Shown here in pieces: positions 12,528 through 22,900 of a DNA stretch of 64,000 bases. The first letter of the stretch is position 1. Every line of letters starts with the position of its first letter. Below the pieces are notes generated by a model, which had not been told where the DNA came from, ran no database searches, and saw nothing but the letters and a program-made list of their open reading frames with translations. Location of the stretch: the NCBI GenBank assembly GCA_002269645.1, contig NIVC01002884.1, positions 43,428-107,427 of the forward strand, in the 5' to 3' direction. The DNA is from Macrostomum lignano (Eukaryota). A program made the position numbers and the translations under genes.

Positions 12528-14582
12528 GGATGATGGTCATTTCATCAATTGGCATTTCGTCAACTCAGTTGATGAAGTGACCAAAGTGTAGAGGTGACTT
12601 TATTAATGGTTGACGAAGTGACCAATGCCTAGGTCTTTCCCATTTGCTTGTTGACGAAGTGACTAAAATTTTCATTATATGAATGATATATAGTAGCTGA
12701 TACAGTGGCATATCTTGTATATAGCTTACAATTATTGTTATATCTATGACTTATTTTATTAATTGCCTTATTTTTTAAAAATGAACAAATTTTGAAACTT
12801 TGCAATACCAGACTGCATTTCCATTAGGTTAAATGTTTTAATGCAAATATTTAATGCAAATGTGTCACCCCATGCGCACTCATGCCTATATGCATCTAGG
12901 CATTCATGAATCTTGAGTATTTGTGTGTTATGCGACCATACATGTGACTACATAACATGGGTATTTCTCCTATCAAAACGCATCAAGGATGCTATAAAGT
13001 CACCTATATATGGAGTCGTGAAAATTGGTGAACTGCGTGCACCTTCCCATCCTTCCACCCCGCTGTGCACTGCACAGTCAACCAAAGCCCCCGCAGCAAA
13101 TCTTGATATCCGGTAATGCTCTTAATTGGAGTATATAATTATGCACAATTTATGTGCGCTCATTGATCAATCATACCGTACATGTATAAGGTATTTCACT
13201 CCTATCACACTTAACACTAAAATGTACAATGTACTATAAGAAGGCACAAGCAGACACGAGCAGACAGACACAAAGGCATAGGCAGACACGCAAACCGATT
13301 GACAATATTGGGTGCAGTACCACAGCGGCATGCTCTTGATTCGTGCATTCCTGCTCATGTAGTTGCACAAGACTTGGCCATGTTTTGCGAGCCTTGCACT
13401 GTGAGCGAGAAATCTTTCAAGCCGCCAAAGGTGCTGCTGACCCCGACAAGGTGGCCATCCCAGATCGACATCTTTAGCAAACTCACGGCACTGGCGCCCC
13501 AGTCAATTGGACCACTGAAGTCACCTAAGCGCAGTCCTTGAAATGAGTGCAGTACAGTTGCGCAATGTTTGAATTAGTTGAAAATTTGAGCATTTTCAAA
13601 CTTTTGGCTATTCCAACACAGAATTGAATATTGGCCCTGGTTAATGTCATAATGCCACAAACTAATATAACAGCAGGAGTTTGGGTGCCCTTAGATTAGA
13701 AGAAATTATGTGCAATGTGCCCTCTCATCAAAAAGCCCCCCCCCCACTCTGAAATATGTTCTGACACTACTGGCTTGAGCTACAGTATATTTACATGTAG
13801 TCTGGGGGAGTCCTGCAGTCCGTGAGGCCAGCTAATTAATGTACAGCTGACCGCTTGAGCGCAGCATTGTTCCAGGCGAAGCGGTGATCAAGACCGTCCT
13901 GCTGTACAGTGTCAAGACCTGGACGCTGATGAAGTCGCTCGAGCAACAAGTTAACGTGGCGCACGCTGGCCTGCTGAACGCTGCCTTCAAGATCGCCTAC
14001 GCGAGTGACCAACGCGGCTTTTGTATCACCACGCCAACCTGTTCCGTCCAAGCGACCTGCTGCGCAGTCATACATGACCACATTCATGTATGTAATGGCT
14101 TGATTTGGAATGCTTTCTATATGTATGTTTTGCGAATAGAGGACCCGGCCACTTTAAGCGTTATCTTTGGTCTGAGTACTCCTCAACTACATGTACTACT
14201 TCTTAATTAACTTTGCATTCAAAATTTAAAATATACAAATGTGTAACACGGGATGTCAACCCCGTCGTGCTGCACGCGTTTCAAACACAAAAGCGCATTA
14301 TATTTTGTTAGTACATGTACAAGTGTACAACAGAGACGCATCGATCGAAAGCCGGCAGATGTTGCAGAAGGGTATGAATATTAATTAGCCTGTCAACTTA
14401 GTCATTTCAGGGTTCAGTTTTACTTTTTGACAAAGTGACAAAGTGACCAATGTTGGAACACTTCCTGTTGGCCAGTTGACGAAGTGACCGAGGTTTGAGA
14501 TTGCTTCATTGGCTAGTTGACGAAACGACCAGTGATAAAACTGAGTTGACGAAATGGCCAGTTGGCGAAATGACTAGGACCC
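12528..14582. mobile_element. Non-autonomous DNA transposon of about 2.05 kb (GG termini, 8-bp TSD; Merlin/MULE-like)
   Basis: ATATTAAG at 12520-12527 and 14583-14590. Imperfect TIRs of about 42 bp (GG..T..T.GTCATTTC..CAA.TGGC.ATTTCGTCAACTCAG). Subterminal GTTGACGAAGTGAC repeats near both ends. Confidence 0.72.
13800..14010 (+). mobile_element. Decayed RTE-type LINE fragment (region C-terminal to RT)
   Basis: Translation AVIKTVLLYSVKTWTLMKSLEQQVNVAHAGLLNAAFKI matches the V..VLLY..ETWTL.K.....L motif typical of RTE-like non-LTR retrotransposons (recognised from memory, not searched). Confidence 0.65.
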
Positions 14583-14974
14583 ATATTAAGATTGGAATAG
14601 AGGGGGTGAAGTGAAAGTAAAGATATTTTTTTAATTTCAAAGGGGAGAAAAAGAAAAAGGAGAGAAAAGAAGGCAATGAAAAGAGGAAAGGGAAGAAGGG
14701 ATAAAGAGAGGATGTTTGCCCTTGGCCTTGCCTGCATAGTCCCTGCAGCTTGATTGAGTAGCAGCAATTTATGTAGTGGCTTAGGGTAGCAGGCCTTTGA
14801 TCAGATGACATGGCTAGCCATAGCCAGTTGAAGTTGTTGCCTGTGCAACAGATTAGAAGGCCACATCAGGCATGCCCTTGTTAGAGTGCTGCATTGGTCT
14901 TGCTGTTTAGACTGATGCATACTCCAAATGCTGCATGTAGCATGGCTGGCATTGGCCATATATATGTAGAGACT

Positions 14975-15665
14975 CTTGCTATCCAGGGATACTTGCTAGC
15001 TGGGATTACTTGCTATTGGGGGGATGTTTGCTATTGGAAGGATGCTTGCTATCTGAGGTACTTGCTATTGGGAGATGCTTGCTCTTGGGGTATGGAAGGT
15101 ACTTGCTATTTGAGAGTGGGTTACTAGCTATCTATAAGGATTCTTTCAATGCAGGGATGCTTGCTATCTGAGGGATGCTTACTATCTGGGGTTGTTTGTT
15201 ATTGGGGGATTCTTGCTATTAAGGGATGCTTGCTATCTGGGGGATGATTGCTATCTGGGGTTGCTTGCTATTGGAGGATACTTGCTATCTGGAGGATGCT
15301 TGCTATCTGGGGGATGCTTGCTATCTGGGGGATGCTTGCTATCTGGGGGATGCTTGCTGTTTGGGATTGCTTGCTATCTGGGGGATGCTAAGATGCTTGC
15401 TATTTGGGGGATGCTTGCTATTTAGGGTTGCTTACTATTAGGGGATGCTTGCTGTTTAAGGTTGCTTACTATTGGGGGGGGATGCTTGCTATCTGGGGGA
15501 TGCTTGCTGTTTAGGGTTGCTTACTATTGGGGGATGCTTGCTATTTAGGGTTGCTTACTATTGGGGGATGCTTGCTATCTGGGGGATGCTTGCTGTTTAG
15601 GGTTGCTTACTATTGGGGGATGCTTGCTATCTGGGGGGGGGGGCAATGCTTGCCATCTGGGGAAT
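14975..15665. repeat. Minisatellite, about 18-bp unit (GGGGGATGCTTGCTATCT)
   Basis: About 35 degenerate tandem copies. Source of the repetitive ORFs in 14894-15754. Confidence 0.92.
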
Positions 15666-16830
15666 GCTTTCAACTTAGGGGGAATGCCTATTATCTTTGT
15701 GAAGGCTTTATTTTGTTGTGTACTTTTTTACTTTTAGACAAAAGAGATTCATAGCAAATATCTTTGTCCATGGCATTTTTACTCAAATAAGGTTATCTAT
15801 AAACTGAAGAAGGAATCAGTTCTCAAGAAAATGTGCTTCTTTAATGATTTGCATGAATAATTTTTGCTCCTTACTTATTTGGCAACCTGAAGGGGGACAC
15901 TAGATTGCTAGTAATATTATAAAATTAGTGCAATAATATAACTACAATAAAATTTTTTACAATGATCATCATTCTTAGATTTTTCATGAAATGTTTTTAC
16001 AATTAAAAAATAGCTATAAAAGTTAATTGACATAAATACAGTTTTGTTTTTTAATTCAAATTTGCTCAGTTAACAGTTAACAAGAAACAACAATAGAGTC
16101 TAGGGAGCTGGAAACAAATCTAAGGAACTGTGACCATGGATGTGGAGCCATTTTAGTGGGTAATAATGCGCTCATTGCTTAATAGATAGTACTTGACCAG
16201 CCACTTCATTTCTGTCAGCAAGTCAGCAGCCAGTATAAACAGATCTGTGTCAGGTTAAGTTCTATCAACTCCATAGATTGGCATACATCTCCAAGTGTGA
16301 TGATGCTCATAGGTGCAGGCAGATGTCCCACTGTCACAAGTTGTCAATTCTGAAATTTAGTGAGAATTAGCTCTGTGTCTATTGCCCAGTCTGCCTTGTC
16401 TGCATCTCTCCTGTTCTCCCCTCCCCATCAGCTTTTGTCATAGACAACTTGCCATTAAGAATTTAAATTTAATGAATAAAACTGTATTTATGCCCATTAT
16501 CTTTAATGAGGCTAATGATTTCTTTATTAGCTGATCTTTGATATTTTTACTACCTATATTAGCCTTATAGTAAGTTTTTTTCCCAATAGGTATCAAGTGG
16601 TTCAAGCCCAATAAATTAACTACATTGGTATGGTATTGACCTAGTAATATTTTATATTCTTTATTCCAAGTTTTAACTGATCTATTTTTAGTTATATAGC
16701 ATATTCATATAATATTCACTTTGCAGACATTTTAGAACTTAATATATTGATTAAGAATTTATAGCAAAGAAGCTATGTGGTAGCTCTATTAGCTACCCAA
16801 AGCTTACCAATTCTACAAACTTTTGTTGGC

Positions 16831-16920
16831 ATGGATGCAAATGATGAGCAGCTAGCAAGATTGAAAGAGATTATTCGTCATAATGAAGAGGAGCTAAAGC
16901 AGAAGGAGCAACAATATGAG
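16831..16920 (+). CDS. Giant golgin-like gene, exon 1 (MDANDEQLARLKEIIRHNEEELKQKEQQYE)
   Basis: ATG at 16831, coiled-coil-like peptide, donor GAG|GTATGT, phase 0 matching the next exon. Confidence 0.7.
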
Positions 16921-19900
16921 GTATGTAGTTTGTGCTATTGATTTGATTTGATTTGTATTGATTTGTATTATTAAATTTATTAGTAACTTTTGGATATATT
17001 CATTGTCTTGCCTATATATTATATATTCTTGACTTCTTACATTTAACTTCCATATTGAGTTTATGATACTACTTTATTTGTTGTCTCTCTGTCTACTCTC
17101 TATCTAGTTTGTTTTTTTGCTACCTTTATTGTCAAGTATGCTCTATGCTTATTTGCTTATTTGTCATCAATTTATGTTTAGAAGTTTACCTATTATTTGA
17201 TCAGTGTTGTGTTAATTTGCTGTAAATATAAGCTGTCTAGTGTTTTCAGTTAATTACCTATCACCTGTCCAAGTGTTTCCATTAGCATCTTGTTGTGAGT
17301 GAGAGGTTTGCCATAAATCCTAAACACTCAGGCCACGGTTGTACACATCTACCAGTCTTTAAGTTGTTCTTTAAGTTTGAATTTAATAACAACTTCTGGG
17401 TCAGTGGGGGGCACATAAGGAAAAAAAAACTGCCCTCTGGAGAGGCGTTTTATCACACATTGCTTGTCTGTTTAGTGTCTTTTAGCTGACCTGTCATTTG
17501 TCACATCATGTTGGTAGCTTCCCGTCGATGAGTTTCCAGTATCTGAAATGACTTTCCTGATATGTGTCCTCTGTTTTTATCAACCTTAACCTGCCAACCA
17601 TGAAATTCAATAATTGAGTCAGTAATTATGTACTCATTTGGCTCTGTAACTCAGGAACAGATCTCAGCCCTTCACGCTGCCAGCGTTTTCAAAGACGACC
17701 GCCTGTCCCAATTAGACAGTCAAATTCGTCAGCTAGAAGGCCAGGCTCACGAACTGCGGGAAAGCGTTGCTGAACAATTGCAAGTTGTTGAATCTCGCGA
17801 CGCCGCTATTAAATTGCTGCGCGAACAGCAGGCTGCCGCGTTGCAAGCCAAAGATGAGCAGTTTGCCGAGAAGCTGGCCGCTACACAACTCTATTTTGAG
17901 GAGTGCTTGGCCGAGAAAGAGGACGAGAAGTCGCGTCTAATGGATGCTATTAAGGTGCGGAAGTTATTTCCGTTCAAAGCCAGCAGAATTTTATGATCGT
18001 TCATAAGTAGTGTATTGAGTTTCATATCTTTAGTCCCAATATATTATTTTCTAAGCTGTCTTTTTGGTTTCGAATCTTCTTTTAGTCTTACTTGAGGTAC
18101 CAAACGTGATTTTCGATGGAGGTCGGTTTTCGCTGCAGAATGCATTAGCGAGACAGGAATTTTGTACCTGTCTCCCCTCAGTGTATTCTTTTAAGGATTT
18201 TCCAGCGCAGCTTTTTCTCTACTGACCCGCTAAAAATTCAGGTGCTTCTTCGTTTGCTTCTTGTCGGAATCGGCGCCGCTTCCAGAAACCGAAGGAGCAG
18301 CACAAAAAACTTCAGGGAAACTTTAGGTGGGTGGGCTTTGTCTGCTTCCTGCGCTGATTCCGCAATCAAAGGAACATCAATAGCTTCTTCAGTTGCTTCT
18401 TTTACACTGTCGAGATAGGGCTCCTCTCGGCTGGAGTTGCGTCACAGAAGCGAACGAAGAAACAGCCGAATTTTTTAGCGGGGAATTGTCTATGGCCAAA
18501 CCCCATTCAGCGCTATGCAAAGAGCTAATCTTTGCAAAGCCAGCTTAGGAAACAGCACTGTATTGTAAGCGTTGCCGGTCTCCAGTAACACGAGGTGTGG
18601 CCGAAAATTAACGATAATTTTGCCATGATCTGGTATTGAGCAAAACATGAATTATAATTTTTAACACGGCACCCCAATCGCTGATGCCAGCTCCCGATGC
18701 ATTCTTGGAAGCTCTCCGTCGAGATGCCTCGTAAGACTCATCATCTCGACTGTCGCATTGTTCTTTATGTCTTCCAGTTCTTCAAATCGTGATTCTTTGA
18801 GAGGTTGCTTTACCTTTGGAAAGAGCCAGAAATCGCACGGGGCCGTATCTGGCAAATAAGGTAGTTTGTGCGACTTATATTTCAGCCAAAAACTGTTACA
18901 GTGAAAGTGCTTTGTGCGCCGATGGGTTTTCGTGATGCAGCAACCAGGCATTGTTTCTCCTACTGTTCACGTCGAACCCACTGCATCCTCAGTATCAACC
19001 TCTCTCGAGAACTGCCCCTGTGGCACAAACTCGTGATGGATGCACGAGGCCATGCAAATAAAATTTTTAGTTACTTTTTCAGTCAAAATTCTGGATGAAC
19101 TGTGAGCGCATCCCAAACGAAACCCATGCTTGCTTTATGCTAAGTTCGAAAATCAGCCTCCAGTGAAAATTGCACGATTCGTGAGTGCAGCGTTATTCTG
19201 CTTCATTTTGCCATGATACTTCATGATAGTTCTTCAGGGGTTGTAGCTTATCGGTTACAGCGTCTGGCTAACGACCGTAAGGTCGGGGGTTCGATTCTCG
19301 ACCCACTCGGAACAATTTGTGTCCTTGAGCAAGACACTTAACTCTGCATTGCTTCAGTTCACCCAGCCGTAAAATGGGTGCCAGCATTAGCTGGGGTAAT
19401 TGAGGCTGTGTGTGGCGACCCCCCAGTCCTTGGACTGAACAGCCGTACGCAGCCTTCAGATGCGCCGCGCAATAGCTGCAGCTGAGCTGTCGAATCGAAT
19501 TTGAGGGAAATTTTACTCGTCATTTATTTTCCTGACAGAATTTTGGCTGAGTAGAAGGCATGAGGGGGCTTCTGGGACAAAATTTTTCACGTCCTCCATA
19601 ATCCACCTAAATCCATCCATATTATCCCTGACAGAATCAGAAAAAAAAGGGGGTCGCACTTGCTCCAAAAACTTCGAACGTAATCCCATTAAATCCATCC
19701 ATATTATCCCTGACAGAATCAGAAAAAAAGGGGGTCGCACTTGCTCCAAAAACTTCGAACGTAATCCCATTAAATCCATCCATATTATCCCTGACAGAAT
19801 CAGAAAAAAAGGGGGGTCGCACTCGCTCACAAAACATCCTCCATAATCCACCTAAATCCATCCATATTATCCCTGACAGAATCAGAAAAAAAGGGGGGTC

Positions 19901-22900
19901 GCACTCGCTCACAAAACATCCTCCATAATCCACCTAAATCCATCCATATTATCCCTGACAGAATCATGAAAAAGTGGAGGGGTCGCACTTGTTCTGAAAA
20001 CTTCGAACATAATCCTATTAAATCCATCCATATTATCCCCGACAGAATCAGACAGTGGACACCTGTTATGCTCGCTGACACTGACATAATCCACTGACAT
20101 CCACCCATAGCATGTTCGAAACAATCAGAAAATAATCTGCATTCTTCTCCCCACATTCAATTTGCAACGCGAAACCAGATCCCAAAGATTTTAAATTATC
20201 AGCGCAGGGTCCTTACCCTTTGAAAAAATTAAATTCTCAATAAAAATGTTTCCAGTTGTCTCTCCAGGTTCTTATTATACTCAGCCTAATCCATTGTACA
20301 AATCCAAGTACCAATGCAAACTTGAATGCAGCGAATACATGAGAAAATATTGGCCCAACGTTGATATCAATGTCCCTAATATTAATCTAGCTCTCCAAAG
20401 ACATTGGTTTCATAAGTATGGAGTAACCTATGTAAAAGATTACGATAGCTACTATAACTTTGCAGAAATCATTAGGCAATTGTGATTTCTTACATTCTCT
20501 CAATGATCAACGTCAATACAAACTCTTCCCCATTAAAATCAACGCCCATCCCATCTTCAGTCTCAAACTGTAGCACAATCTCGTGAATCTCTTTATTACT
20601 CAATACAACTCTTTTCACTGGATTTGGTTTCTCTACCACCATCTGTCCTCCAGCAACAGAGTTGGAGATGTTGTACAAAATATTCGTTCGCTTTCCCTTA
20701 AATACCCAATCAAGACTGAGATTGCTTCTGATTAGAATATTCAAACCCTTTACAATGTCTGCAATATTGGGTGCTAAGAACAAACCGCTTACACTTTCCC
20801 GGACCATTCTAACAGTCCCCGATGCTTGAGTGGCGGTCTGCGCCGCGGATTCTGCCTTATAAACTTTCTTCTCGAATCCTAGTTCCCTATACCAAGTGTC
20901 ATCTTTAAACTCAACCTCCGCATTTTTGTGAACTTGCATGACCACTCTCATTACAGTGAGATCATAGGTTAGTTTGACAGGGAACAGTTTCTTCTCTGGC
21001 TTACTCGCATCAGGTGTCTCAAAATGGCCTCTCTTAGTAAAGACATTTTCTAGAAAGTTATTGTAGGTATCCACACTTTGCGTGCTCACATGGAATACCA
21101 CAGGGTCTGCTGCTGCACCTTTCCATTTGTAATAAAACTTATTATTTGCTGCCATCACATTAGGAACGTTTGACCAACCGGTGAAGTCGTTAAGATAGAC
21201 ATGGTAATTAGCACCTGGATCCAGGCGAATCGCCTGCTCTAATTTTTCAACAAATATCCCGTTTGAGTCATTAATTCGCCCAGTTATTGTAATAGGAATG
21301 CTCTCCTTAGAGTGAGAAACAATATTATTTAGTCTTTCAGCAATCGCTTCCATTTTTTTCACAAAAAAAAATATTTAAACTTTACTGGATGAATTGTTGA
21401 TCATGTTAAGCTTCACCTTCCTCTCAAATGCATAGATAATGTACAGGTCCACGGGTGTTGCGGTAGTCCTTTCAATGTTAGTCACGATATTCACAGGGCT
21501 GTTATCAGTAAGCATTTGTCTGGCAGACACATCAGCGCCAAACATCGGATATAGAGTTCCATATTGAAGAGCAGTGATAGCAATTCCATTGTTCTCTTTC
21601 ACAGCCAAGTCGACCAACTCGCTGTAAAATTTGCTAATCTTGTTCTGACTGAAATCTCCATTTTGTGGCAGTGCAGGGTAAAGATTATCACTGATTTCAT
21701 GCTGAATGGACCGCACGTCTCCATGCATGTAGCGTATGATGCTATTTGGGTTTCTCATATTAATAATGATATACCTTGGATTGCTGCATGATCCCTCTTT
21801 AATGCAGATGTTTGTTCTAGTTTCGTTTCGCTCATCTCGACACATGTAGGCTGTGTATGCAACATCAATGTCCTTCTCTATTGCCTTAAGATAATCCGCT
21901 TTTAGTGCAGTCTTTGGCTCAATGACTTCCAAATACAGCTCGATTCCGGTTAGCTTCACCTCCATCCTTGTGTGGTCCGCCCCAGTCCACAACACTCTAC
22001 TGCGATCATCTCTAGTCATCCTAAATGTGTAGCTAAAGTTACTAGTCAGTCGATTAAATGTATTACAGAATCCACTCATGAATCTCAATGGTACAAATAC
22101 ATCAACAGACCGATACTGCGGGTTCTTAGCAGCATCATCTGCACCTTGCAATGCATAGTTGTATCTCTTCTTCCTATTTTTATAGCCACTGTCATTGATA
22201 TCTCCTTCTTTTTCATCTGCAATAAAACCCGCACCACTTCCCAATTGAATAAAATCAGGATTCTCGATCAAACAATGAGCGTCATAGACAATTCCAAAGT
22301 TGGCGATTCGCTCCAACTCGGTGCTCCCATTCGATACACTAAACTCCTTGAACATGTACGCCCAAAAGTTACTGATCAGAGCCACATCCGCATCATGCTT
22401 GTCAACGTTAGCACGAGCCGCATCCGCACCACCTTTTGTCTTGAATTGAAATGTCATATGGAAGCCGCTCTTAAGACTGTGCACACTAACCAGAGACGAA
22501 CATCCATTGTATGTAAATGTCAGTGTTTGACCTGGACCCAAATTAGTTTCATTCTGGTTCTCGTGACTCGGAACTCTAACTTGTGTCGCTTTGATTGTGC
22601 TATCATCACTCAAAATAGGCTTGTTAATTTTGTAGAAAACTGGTGTCAGTGGGTCGTTCATTTTTTAACTAAAAATAAAATAAAATAAGAAATGAAGCGG
22701 AAAAGTTCATATCATATCTCTGAACTAGAAAAGCTGGCGCAAGCAGAGAAACGAGTTACCGGACTAATCAACAAAGAACAACAATCTTACAATGAATTCG
22801 TCCAAGCAGCCACCGAATTTCACAAACCTGGATACACAGAAGCGAAGAAAAACATCGACACTGTGAAGGAAACAATTGATGATATTCAAGAGAGCCAGTT

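Noticed and set aside
19513-20156. ORFs in the TIRs (and their mirror images at 35487-35930)
   Set aside because: Produced by the 81-bp TIR repeats, duplicated at both ends, and some run past the element boundary.
21972-22688. 238-aa plus-strand ORF, and similar ones at 31304-31627, 32911-33345, 34169-34507 and 34688-35038
   Set aside because: Antisense to well-supported Polinton genes, with no motifs or proper start context.
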